A DNA stretch of 64,000 nt from Clostridia bacterium (lineage in GTDB: Bacteria > Bacillota > Clostridia > Oscillospirales > CAG-272), in NCBI GenBank assembly GCA_017456005.1, contig JAFTLJ010000096.1:1597-65596 (forward strand). Direction: 5' to 3'. The notes under the pieces were generated by a model that made no database searches, was not told the DNA's origin, and worked only from the letters and a program-made list of their open reading frames with translations. Positions 21,294-31,736 of the stretch are shown here, piece after piece (positions within the stretch are counted from its first letter, which is position 1; every line of letters begins with the position of its first letter). A program made the translations under genes and the position numbers.

Positions 21294-21445
21294 TTGTTTG
21301 AGCAAAGTTTAATTAAAAAAGACAGAGAATTTTAAAATTCTCTGTCTTTTTTGTGTATTCAAGCATAGTTTTTTATTCTAAAACTTCATTTATTTGAGAG
21401 CAAAAACAAAAGAAAAAAGCACTCGCTGATGCAAGTGCTTTTTAG

Positions 21446-21546
21446 TGGTGCGAGAAATGTAGGGCGGTTAAGAAAACGTCCTAAACGGACGTTTTTACGC
21501 CCGGAGTTTGTGGGCTGTGCGCACAAACTGTATCGTTTCTCGACCA
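21446..21546 (-). ncRNA. Structured three-way-junction element ending in the tRNA-Leu 3' 12-mer (TTTCTCGCACCA)
   Basis: Closing stem TGGT.CGAGAAA/TTTCTCG.ACCA, arms GGGCG..AAAACGTCC/GGACGTTTT..CGCCC and AGTTTGTG/CACAAACT; followed on the minus strand by a hairpin/T-tract at 21414-21443. Confidence 0.45.
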
Positions 21547-21631
21547 TAAGGAGTAAATATAAATTTGAAATTTTGATAAAGGCGCTTTTTATAAAATAAA
21601 AAAGGGATTGAGCTATTAACTCAACCCCTTA

Positions 21632-21715
21632 TGGTGCGAGAAACGGGACTTGAACCCGTACGGTGAATCCACACGCCCCTCAAACGTGCGCGTCTGCCAG
21701 TTCCGCCACTCTCGC
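21632..21715 (-). tRNA. tRNA-Leu(GAG)
   Basis: Reverse complement GCGAGAGTGGCGGAACTGGCAGACGCGCACGTTTGAGGGGCGTGTGGATTCACCGTACGGGTTCAAGTCCCGTTTCTCGCACCA; long variable arm; anticodon GAG. Confidence 0.95.
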
Positions 21716-21968
21716 AAATCGTGCAAAGGATATTTCCCTCACAACGCTAATTATTATAAACCAACTGTTTCCAAATGTCAATACATTTTTTGAAAAAAAT
21801 TAAAAAAATTGCTTGATTTTGAAAATAAACTAAAAAAATAAACAATCTTTTTTTAAATATTCATAACTAATTCATTGATTTATTTAAAGGTGCGTGATAT
21901 AATAAAATTATAATAGCGATATTATCGCAACAGAAGAAAATTTATTTAATTTTTGGAGGAAACTAATT

Positions 21969-23798
21969 ATGGCACAGAACAGATATGTTGGCGATTACCC
22001 CGTTATCGGTATTCGCCCTATCGTTGACGGACGCCGTGGCCCCCAGATGATGCGTGAATCTCTGGAACCCCAGGTTTGGGCAATGGCAGAAGCTGCAAAA
22101 AAACTTTTTGAAGAAAACCTTTTCTATTCCAACGGTGAGCCCGTTAAGGTTGTTATGGCAGATACTTGCATCGGCCGTGTACCCGAAACAGCGGCTTGCG
22201 CAGACAAATTTAAAAAAGAGGGTGTTTCCATTACTCTCTCCGTAACTCCTTGCTGGTGCTACGGTTCCGAAACAATGGATATGGACCCCACAACGATTAA
22301 AGCTGTTTGGGGCTTTAACGGCACAGAAAGACCCGGCGCGGTTTACCTTGCAGCAGTTCTTGCAGGCCACGCACAGAAAGGTCTTCCCGCATTCGGTATC
22401 TACGGTCACGAAGTTCAGGACCGCGACCAGGTTAGCGAAATTCCCGAAGACGTAAAAGAAAAGCTCCTTCGCTTCGGCCGCGCTGCTTTGGCGGTTGCAA
22501 CAATGCGCGGCAAATCTTACCTTCAGATCGGTTCCCAGTGCATGGGTATCGCAGGCTCTATTATCGACCAGGATATGATGGAAAGCTACTTCGGTATGCG
22601 TGTTGAATCTGTAGACGAGGTTGAAATACTCCGCCGTATGGAAGAAGGCATCTACAACGAAGAAGAATACCAGAAAGCTCTCGCTTGGACAAAGGAACAC
22701 TGCAAAGAAGGCAGAGACGATAACCCCGAATCCGTTAACTTCCTCGGCGAAGAACGCCGCATTAAATTCACACCCGAAGAAAAGGAAAAACAGTGGGAAT
22801 TCACGGTTAAGATGTACTGCATCATAAAAGACCTTATGTGCGGCAACAAGAACCTTTCCGATGCTTTTGAAGAAGAAAAAGTTGGTCACAACGCTATCGT
22901 TGGCGGCTTCCAGGGGCAGCGCCAGTGGACAGACCATTGGCCCAACTGCGACTACCCCGAAGCGCTTCTTTCCTCTTCCTTCGACTATGAAGGTGCGCGT
23001 GAACCCTATACACTCGCAACAGAAAACGACGTTCTCAACGGTATGTGCATGCTCATGATGCGCTTGCTTACACACCGCGCACAGATATTTGCAGACGTTC
23101 GTACATACTGGTCCGGCGAAGCTACAGAGCGCGTAACAGGCTACAAGCTTGAAGGCAAAGCTGCTGAATCCAACGGTATCATTCACCTTCTCAACTCCGG
23201 TGCTGCTTGCCTCGATGCTTCCGGTGTTTGCACGGATGAAAACGGCAACGCTACGATGAAGAAATGGTGGGAAGTAACAGACGAAGACATCAAGAAGATG
23301 ACAGATGCAACAGTTTGGTGCGAAGCAGGCCAGGATAACTTCCGCGGCGGCGGCTTCTCCTCTCATTATACCACAAAGGCTGAAATGCCCTGCACGATGA
23401 TCCGTATGAACCTCGTTAAAGGCCTCGGCCCCGTTCTTCAAATCGCTGAAGGCTGGACTGTAAACCTTCCCGATGACGTTTCCGATACACTTATGGAACG
23501 CACGAACCCCACATGGCCTTGCACATGGTTTGCTCCTCGTTGTGATGGCAAGGACGGATCTCCTTTCAAGACAGCATATGAAGTTATGATGAACTGGGGT
23601 GCTAACCACGGTGCTATCTCCTACGGTCACATCGGTGCAGACCTTATTACAATGTGCTCTATGCTTCGTATCCCCGTTTGCATGCACAACGTTCCTGCAG
23701 ACGATATCTATCGCCCTGCAGCTTGGAATGCATTCGGTATGGACAAAGAAGGTCAGGACTACAGAGCTTGCGCTACATACGGTCCTCTCTACAAATAA
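21969..23798 (+). CDS. fucI: L-fucose (D-arabinose) isomerase
   Basis: IGIRPIVDGRR, VTPCWCYGSETMD, GFQGQRQWTDHWPN, ATEND, WGANHGA motifs; SD GGAGG. Confidence 0.95.
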   Translation: MAQNRYVGDYPVIGIRPIVDGRRGPQMMRESLEPQVWAMAEAAKKLFEENLFYSNGEPVKVVMADTCIGRVPETAACADKFKKEGVSITLSVTPCWCYGSETMDMDPTTIKAVWGFNGTERPGAVYLAAVLAGHAQKGLPAFGIYGHEVQDRDQVSEIPEDVKEKLLRFGRAALAVATMRGKSYLQIGSQCMGIAGSIIDQDMMESYFGMRVESVDEVEILRRMEEGIYNEEEYQKALAWTKEHCKEGRDDNPESVNFLGEERRIKFTPEEKEKQWEFTVKMYCIIKDLMCGNKNLSDAFEEEKVGHNAIVGGFQGQRQWTDHWPNCDYPEALLSSSFDYEGAREPYTLATENDVLNGMCMLMMRLLTHRAQIFADVRTYWSGEATERVTGYKLEGKAAESNGIIHLLNSGAACLDASGVCTDENGNATMKKWWEVTDEDIKKMTDATVWCEAGQDNFRGGGFSSHYTTKAEMPCTMIRMNLVKGLGPVLQIAEGWTVNLPDDVSDTLMERTNPTWPCTWFAPRCDGKDGSPFKTAYEVMMNWGANHGAISYGHIGADLITMCSMLRIPVCMHNVPADDIYRPAAWNAFGMDKEGQDYRACATYGPLYK

Positions 23799-24157
23799 TT
23801 CCAAATATGAATATAAAAAATGCAACTCGCGAGGGTTGCATTTTTTGTTGACAAAACGGGTGAAAAATGGTACAATGTATATGCCAAACGAACTTAATAA
23901 AACGGAAAAATGGGGAGTATTTTGCTTTTTGGGATACTCTTTGTTCTTTATACTCTTTTTTTGCATAGAGCGACGCACTACTATGTATAATGAATTTTGA
24001 AAAAATGCAAATTCCAATATACGTAGTAATAGCGATTTTGACATTATATCCCTATTTCCGTGTAAGTTTGTTTGGCGACAACCGGAGTTTGCGTTTTTAT
24101 GCGCCCGCTTCGGCTGGCGCATTTTTATTTTTACAAACATTTGCAGGAGGGAATTAT

Positions 24158-25345
24158 ATGAAAAAAATCGACCTTAAGTTTGTTTCTGTCAGCATAGCAC
24201 GTGCGCTTGCCGCATACGGTTGCTTTGCGCTTATATCGTTTATAATGCTTATTTGCTTCAAGCTGGAAATAGCAGAGCAAAGATATTATCTTATATGCGG
24301 CGAGATGCAGCCGTGGGAAATAGCGTTCTATTGCGCGCTTGGCGTGTATCTTATTTTGTTTTGCGTGATCTATGCTTTTGCAAAGCATAACTGGCTCGCG
24401 CGAGCGCGCTATCTTGCGGAAAAGCCGCAGGAATTTCGCTTTTTGGCAGAGCTTAAAAACGTGGTTTGCTCGGCAGATTTTATAGCGGAGGCGGCTTGCT
24501 TTCTGCTTTTTACGGCTATTTTTGCAAGAGAATATCTGTTTGCGGATATAGGAAATATGTTTTTACCAAACGGCGAGAGCGTAGTAAAAAGCCTTTGTAT
24601 TATAGCCACGGTGACGCTCGTTGCGTGTATAAGCGGAGCTTTACACCGCGTTTTCGCGCGCAGAACTTGGTTTTACTCACGATATTCTGAGGAAAAGAGC
24701 ATCACGTCGTGTATTGTGAAAAATGTAGTTTACGTAGCTGTTATCGGCGTGATGTTTGCGCTTTTCTGGGTTTATTCGCCTGTTTTGCAGAAGAATTTCC
24801 CCGTGTTTCTTATGGTGGCACAAATAATTTTGCCGTTTATCGTTGTTCCCGTTGTTTTTATAGCGCTTGTTCGTTACATATCGGCGGTACGCGCGAGAAG
24901 TGCATTTATTGCACGGCTTAAAAAGACCTGCAAAGCGGAAAACGCCGCGATTTTGAATATGAAAAACAAATATTCCTTTATATTTATAAGGAATAGAGGT
25001 GTAAATTTCATTTTGGAGCATGGCGGTAAAAAATATGCCTGCAAATTTATTGCCAGCTTGCAAAAGGGAGTTTCTATCATTTTGGATGGGGAAGGAAGCG
25101 GGCTCTACGTTCATACTTTCTCTGTAGCGGGGGCTGTTTTGGGAATGTGGCATACGCGTTTTAAATACGGCTTTGAAAGCGAAGAGGAAAAGGTGCTTAT
25201 AGTTTGCCCTCGTCCGCAGAATATGAGCGCTGTGGACGGCGGAAGGCTTCGAGCGATAGATTCGGGCGACCGCGTGGGGGATGCAAAACTATTCAGCGCA
25301 GAAGGCTTCCTGCGCGCCATAGAGCTTGATAATTTGGATATGTGA
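24158..25345 (+). CDS. Multi-pass membrane protein with C-terminal soluble domain (hypothetical)
   Basis: SD AGGAGG before ATG 24158; about 6 TMs then a soluble domain similar to the 27029-27595 product. Confidence 0.75.
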   Translation: MKKIDLKFVSVSIARALAAYGCFALISFIMLICFKLEIAEQRYYLICGEMQPWEIAFYCALGVYLILFCVIYAFAKHNWLARARYLAEKPQEFRFLAELKNVVCSADFIAEAACFLLFTAIFAREYLFADIGNMFLPNGESVVKSLCIIATVTLVACISGALHRVFARRTWFYSRYSEEKSITSCIVKNVVYVAVIGVMFALFWVYSPVLQKNFPVFLMVAQIILPFIVVPVVFIALVRYISAVRARSAFIARLKKTCKAENAAILNMKNKYSFIFIRNRGVNFILEHGGKKYACKFIASLQKGVSIILDGEGSGLYVHTFSVAGAVLGMWHTRFKYGFESEEEKVLIVCPRPQNMSAVDGGRLRAIDSGDRVGDAKLFSAEGFLRAIELDNLDM

Positions 25346-25387
25346 AAAGTAAAAAAGCAACTCCAAGGTAAGGAGTTGCTTTTTTAC

Positions 25388-25454
25388 TTGACAAAGCAAT
25401 ATATGGTATGCTATAATTATATCGTCAAACGATATATCGCTTGACGATATAATT
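25388..25454 (+). promoter_or_regulatory. SigA promoter overlapped by a 40-bp palindromic operator (putative PadR autoregulation site)
   Basis: TTGACA (25388)-18-TATAAT (25412) with TG; AATTATATCGTCAA-A-CGATATATCG-C-TTGACGATATAATT (25415-25454). Confidence 0.7.
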
Positions 25455-25473
25455 CTGGAGAGGATTGATATAT

Positions 25474-25788
25474 ATGGGAAATTCAAATACAGCACTTACG
25501 GAAACAGCTTTTTATATTCTTCTGTCTTTGCAAGAGCCTTTGCACGGATATGCGATTATGCAGAATATAAAAACAATAACAAATGGTAGAGTGTGTATGG
25601 GGGCAGGAACTTTATATGGCGCTTTGAGTGCTTTAAACGATAAGGGATTTATAGAAGAATGTGAATGCAAAGACCCCTCCAAAAGAGAGTATGTTATTAC
25701 GGAAAAAGGAAGAACTGTTTTGAAAAAAGAGATTATACGTTTATCGGAATTGGTTTTTAATGCGAAAAAATATTTTAAGGAGAATTGA
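25474..25788 (+). CDS. PadR family transcriptional regulator
   Basis: LTETAFYILLSL..HGYAIMQ..GAGTLYGALSAL..RxYxITEKG. Confidence 0.92.
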   Translation: MGNSNTALTETAFYILLSLQEPLHGYAIMQNIKTITNGRVCMGAGTLYGALSALNDKGFIEECECKDPSKREYVITEKGRTVLKKEIIRLSELVFNAKKYFKEN

Positions 25789-25790
25789 TA

Positions 25791-26417
25791 ATGAAAAATA
25801 AAATTATTACTAAAATACGTTTTTTTGCAAATTTGGAAAAAGAACTTGAATTTATAAATAAAATGAATTCCTTGGGGTATAAGTTGATTTTTGTTCAGTT
25901 TGGTATATTTTATAAATTCAAAAAGGTTTCTTATAGCGATGGTTTTACAATAATTTATGCTACCGATAAAACAAAAATATCAGATATTTCTGCGGCGGCT
26001 TTATTAGGCGGATATGATATAATCAACCATACATTCGATGGGATGGGAAATTTTTTATATCTTACCGGAAGAAGATGTAAGGCGGATGAAGATTTTGTAA
26101 GCGATAATGAAGGAAAACTTACATATTATAATTCGCTAAAATCATATTACCGATTTTCCGCGATACTTTCTCTCTTGGCTTTTGCAGGTTGCTCTATGCC
26201 ATTATTTGTTTCACTTTCGAGAATTATATTTATTCTTCAAAATTATGAGAATTTGATGAATAATAAAATACCGACAGTGTTCGCTATTGCCATAATATTA
26301 ATAATGTTTTTTGCCGGAATAGCTTTTCTGTGTGCGTCGGTATATCTATTTATACTTTACCATAAGGCTCACAGAAATTGCAGAAAAATTATTTTGGATA
26401 TGAATTTGTATGAATAA
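25791..26417 (+). CDS. DUF2812-like membrane protein
   Basis: KIRFFANLEKELEFINKMNSLGYKL..YKF N-terminus, two C-terminal TMs; typical partner of PadR. Confidence 0.7.
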   Translation: MKNKIITKIRFFANLEKELEFINKMNSLGYKLIFVQFGIFYKFKKVSYSDGFTIIYATDKTKISDISAAALLGGYDIINHTFDGMGNFLYLTGRRCKADEDFVSDNEGKLTYYNSLKSYYRFSAILSLLAFAGCSMPLFVSLSRIIFILQNYENLMNNKIPTVFAIAIILIMFFAGIAFLCASVYLFILYHKAHRNCRKIILDMNLYE

Positions 26418-26438
26418 CATAATGAAGGAAACTGAAAT

Positions 26439-27017
26439 ATGAAAAAAGAGAAAAAACAAAAATACGAGCAGGATACCTGGGATATAGCTAAGGATATGTT
26501 CCTTCTTTCGGCAGGCTCGTACTTTCTTTCGATTGCTTTGACGTATGTAATTCGCGTGATGCTGGCTTATATCGTTTTCCCGGGGATTGGTGCGGTTGTG
26601 CCCTCAGTGGATGAATTTTTTACACACGGAAGCAGGGAAGAACGCGAAGCTTTCAACATAATGGCATACGACATTTGCCTTTTGGTTTCGTTTTTTATTT
26701 CTATGTACGTGTTGGCTCCTTTTGCGAGTAATATGAAAACAATTTTCATAAAATTCGAAAAGGGCGAGTTCATTTCTCCTTGGCGAGGGATGATGCATCA
26801 TTTTAAGTATAATGGTGAATGTATGTTTATGGTGGTGCTTGAGGTTTCTGTTTTGAGCGTTTTAATAGGGGAAGGTCCGTTTGCCATACTGTTTCGGTAT
26901 TTTGATACTGTTCAAAGCGTGCTGTTGGTTGCTGTGCTAACTTTTGCAGGGGAGCTTATTTGCATACTTCCTGCGCAGAAGCGCTGGCTCATAGATTATT
27001 ATATAGGGGAAGATTAA
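26439..27017 (+). CDS. Hypothetical membrane protein
   Basis: 192 aa, about 4 TMs, SD AAGGA; C-terminus PAQKRWLIDYY resembles FARRTWFYSRY of the 24158 product. Confidence 0.7.
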   Translation: MKKEKKQKYEQDTWDIAKDMFLLSAGSYFLSIALTYVIRVMLAYIVFPGIGAVVPSVDEFFTHGSREEREAFNIMAYDICLLVSFFISMYVLAPFASNMKTIFIKFEKGEFISPWRGMMHHFKYNGECMFMVVLEVSVLSVLIGEGPFAILFRYFDTVQSVLLVAVLTFAGELICILPAQKRWLIDYYIGED

Positions 27018-27028
27018 GGGGGGACTAT

Positions 27029-27595
27029 ATGTCGGCGGTTATTGCATATACAGTAGAGATCATACTATTGATTTGGGTAGCAAAGATAATATTTAATTTT
27101 GTGCGTGCAATCGTTTTGCGCGTGCGCTTTTACATAAAACTAAAAAATATCTGTGCCGAGAAAGGCTATATACTTACCAAAAACAGAGCTTTGTTTGCTT
27201 CGTTTTTCGGAATATCAAAAAAATCTGATATTACCGTAAGCACGGGCAGTACGCGCTATTCCGTAAGGCTGCTTACCTGCTTTGCACACAAAAGAGCGTA
27301 TCATTTTATAAACGAGAGCTACTACATTCGTTTTGCAAGATTCGGCTATATTTTGCCTATGTCCAAGAATATAAATAAAATCCACTTCTTTGAAAGTATC
27401 AAAAAAATGCCGTTGCTCTCACGGGAACAGGATGACGATACAAGGCAGATTCTTCTGCTGAACCCATCGCCGGCGGAAGTGTTCCAGCTCGAGGGCAACA
27501 GAATGAAAAAATCCTTGGTACGGGACGGTGCGGAAATGTACGGCTGGAACGTTTACGGTGCAAAAGGCTTTTTGGATTTTTTAACGGAAAAATAA
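27029..27595 (+). CDS. Hypothetical single-TM protein, paralog of the C-terminal domain of 24158-25345
   Basis: SD AAGGGGG; aligns with 24158 product (RFYIKLKNIC vs AFIARLKKTC; YGAKGFLDFL vs FSAEGFLRAI). Confidence 0.75.
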   Translation: MSAVIAYTVEIILLIWVAKIIFNFVRAIVLRVRFYIKLKNICAEKGYILTKNRALFASFFGISKKSDITVSTGSTRYSVRLLTCFAHKRAYHFINESYYIRFARFGYILPMSKNINKIHFFESIKKMPLLSREQDDDTRQILLLNPSPAEVFQLEGNRMKKSLVRDGAEMYGWNVYGAKGFLDFLTEK

Positions 27596-27695
27596 GAACA
27601 AGGCAGGGAAACCTGCCTTGTTTGATGCATCGAAAACATCGCGCCTTGATTTTACCAGAGTTATTTTGCCTACTTTTCTGCGAAAGAAAAGTAGG

Positions 27696-27911
27696 TTACC
27701 TCGCTTTTTTATACGCTTCGCTTCCGTCGAGGGCGGTTACGGGAGCATCTGTGCAAATATCGTTATAGGAGCTTGCTGCTTCTTCGCTGTCGGGTATGCG
27801 CGGTACAAAGCCTGTGTAATCTGTGACGGATGCAATAGGGTTTTCAAACATAGCTTTTGCGGAAAGCTCCGTTACGTCGGGCTCGCGCTTTCTGATTCTC
27901 TTTTTCTTCAT
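27696..27911 (-). CDS. Small conserved hypothetical protein
   Basis: SD AGAGGTG; 71 aa with ASVTDYTGFVP..EEAASSY motif; hairpin after the stop. Confidence 0.6.
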   Translation of the reverse strand: MKKKRIRKREPDVTELSAKAMFENPIASVTDYTGFVPRIPDSEEAASSYNDICTDAPVTALDGSEAYKKAR

Positions 27912-28038
27912 TTTTACACCTCTTTTCTTTTACAAATAATATTTTTAGATAAAATTCATTTTTTTATTCCGATTAGTTATTGACAAAAATAAAAAGCTGG
28001 TGTAAAATTATATAAATACTTTTATAAATAACTTTTAG

Positions 28039-29547
<1,509 letters not shown>

Positions 29548-29618
29548 TAGAACATATAAAACGGCGATTTCCAAATCGCCGTTTTGTTTTGAAAAAATAC
29601 TTCAAAAAGGTTGATTTT

Positions 29619-31331
29619 ATGAATACGACAACTAAAAGAATTGCGGCGTTGCTGGCAGTGATTATGCTTTTGACATCTTGTGCGATGCTTGTTTCCTGCG
29701 GAAAAGGAAGCACAGAAAATAACGACACGAACAATACAGACCAAGCCCTGCCTGCCTCCGAAGGGCTCGCATACGAAGTGAACGATGATGGTACTTGCAC
29801 GATTACCGGCATAGGCACGTGCAAGGATACGGAAATCGTTATTCCTCAGATGATAGAGGGGCACCGTGTTTCCGCAGTAGCGGAAGGCGCTTTCAAAAAC
29901 GCGGTTGTGGACTATGCTCCATATGCTGACGGTGAAGGCGCAGGGCCTGAGCAGAACGAAGAGCAACCACCACTCGAAAAAATAGTAAAAGTTAAATTCC
30001 CGAATTTGGCGATAGATATAGGTGACGAGGCTTTCTATGGCTGCGAAAGCCTTGCCGAAATAGATACGCCGAATATAACGAGCCTTATTGGCAAGGATGC
30101 TTTTAAAGAAACGGCTTACTACAACAACGAGGAAAATTGGGAAAACGGTGCGCTCTACCTCGAGGAATACCTCGTGGCGGTTAAAGAAAATATAAGCGGC
30201 ACATTCACTGTAAAAGACGGCATAAAAAATATTGCCGACAGAGCTTTTTACGGGCGCACGCGGCTTGAATACGTAATAATACCGGAATCTGTTATTTCCA
30301 TAGGAAGGGAAGCGTTTTCCGGTTGCACGGCACTTAAAGAAGTTAATATACCGGGCTTTGCCTATATATACGAAAGTGCTTTCGAGGGCTGCACTGCACT
30401 TAAGAAGGCTCACGTCGGCATCGACAAAGAGCCGACAAAAGCACCCCAGCTTGAAAGCGATGTAAGCATAAGTATAGGGCAGATAAACGGTGGTGCATCC
30501 GGCGGAAACGGAAATATTATCTATGGAACGAATATTGCCGGCGGAAACTTCGGAAATGTTTTCAGCGGAGGCGGTTTTGCCACCATTTATTATGAGGGCG
30601 TGACAAACCCCAACGGTACAATATCTCTTGTACATAACGCTACTGTACTTCGTTCAGGTGTATTTAAAAATTGTACTGCTTTGGAAAAGATTACTTTCGG
30701 CAAAAGCGTTACGCTTATAGGCAACGCCGCTTTCTGTGGCTGTACGGCGCTTAAAGAAATAGAAATTCCCGAAAATGTGACCGAAATTACCGGCGGCGAC
30801 ACCTTCTACGGTTGCTCTTCGCTGGAAAAGGTGAACCTCGGGGAAAATATAACTGAGATAGGACTTGCTGAATTTCAAGGCTGCACTTCGCTTAAAAATA
30901 TAGTTATTCCCGATAGCGTTAAGAAAATCGGGCAGGATGCCTTCCGTGGCTGCACCTCGCTTGAATACGTGGCATTGGGAAGCGGGCTTGAACGCATAGA
31001 AATGTATGCTTTTGCGGAATGCAAATCGCTAAAAGAGCTTATTTTCCCCGATAGCCTCAAGTACGTTGGCGAAAGAGCTATTTTCGGCTGCAGCTCTATA
31101 GAAAAAATAGTTATAAACGTCGGTATAGAAGAATTCGGCGATTGCGCGCTCAACGAATGTGCGTATTATGAATATAAGGGCACGTTAGCGCAGTGGAACG
31201 CCGTTGAAAAAGACGATAAGGGTTGGATGGTCGGCATTCCCTTGGAAAACGGTATGATAGGTTATTTCAGAAATTCCTATACGCTCGTATGCACGGACGG
31301 CACGATAAAAGACGGAAAAATTGAAGGATAA
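29619..31331 (+). CDS. BspA-type leucine-rich repeat (LRR_5) surface lipoprotein
   Basis: LVSC lipobox; repeated L..I.IP.SV..IG..AF.GCT.L units. Confidence 0.88.
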   Translation: MNTTTKRIAALLAVIMLLTSCAMLVSCGKGSTENNDTNNTDQALPASEGLAYEVNDDGTCTITGIGTCKDTEIVIPQMIEGHRVSAVAEGAFKNAVVDYAPYADGEGAGPEQNEEQPPLEKIVKVKFPNLAIDIGDEAFYGCESLAEIDTPNITSLIGKDAFKETAYYNNEENWENGALYLEEYLVAVKENISGTFTVKDGIKNIADRAFYGRTRLEYVIIPESVISIGREAFSGCTALKEVNIPGFAYIYESAFEGCTALKKAHVGIDKEPTKAPQLESDVSISIGQINGGASGGNGNIIYGTNIAGGNFGNVFSGGGFATIYYEGVTNPNGTISLVHNATVLRSGVFKNCTALEKITFGKSVTLIGNAAFCGCTALKEIEIPENVTEITGGDTFYGCSSLEKVNLGENITEIGLAEFQGCTSLKNIVIPDSVKKIGQDAFRGCTSLEYVALGSGLERIEMYAFAECKSLKELIFPDSLKYVGERAIFGCSSIEKIVINVGIEEFGDCALNECAYYEYKGTLAQWNAVEKDDKGWMVGIPLENGMIGYFRNSYTLVCTDGTIKDGKIEG

Positions 31332-31376
31332 ATAACGTTAAAAAGAGCTCTTGGCAAAAGGGGCTCTTTTTTTGAA

Positions 31377-31433
31377 AACAATCTCTCCGTCTTTTGCTTC
31401 GCAAAATCCACCTCCCTTTGTACAAGAGAGACT
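31377..31433. repeat. Partial palindromic MITE/REP-like repeat
   Basis: TTTTGC-TTC-GCAAAA hairpin plus CCTCCCTTTGTACAAGAGAG, the reverse complement of a variant of 1182-1203. Confidence 0.5.
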
Positions 31434-31736
31434 ATGCGGCTATCCCCCCTCGGTGCTTTGTTATGCAATTTACTTTTTTTGTTAAGGTTTACTCATTTTT
31501 CAAAAGTGAAGAAAAAGATGTAGAAGATACAATAAAAAAAGAAGAAAACAAAAAATAATTTACGGGGCGGGTATACCGCCCCGAAATTTTTGCAAAAAAC
31601 TGATATTTTCATCAACTTTTTTAACAAAACCCCTTTATTTTTTTTGTACAATGTGATATAATTCTATTTTGTAATGTGAAATAAAAACCCTATGAAAATA
31701 AACGGTGCCAAGCACCTTAAAAGCGAGGTAATCACT

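Noticed and set aside
18282-21305. 1007-aa antisense ORF (also 21963-24140, 28045-29574, 31752-33491, 39339-40766)
   Set aside because: Shadow frames of highly expressed genes that avoid TTA/CTA/TCA codons, so the antisense frame lacks stops; no SD and no recognisable motifs
21446-21643. Integrated genomic island at tRNA-Leu
   Set aside because: The 12-bp repeats are only 186 bp apart with no integrase or cargo; treated as a structured element instead
23876-24000. Small hydrophobic peptide (type I toxin-like)
   Set aside because: No SD; the hydrophobic residues come from the T-rich terminator sequence
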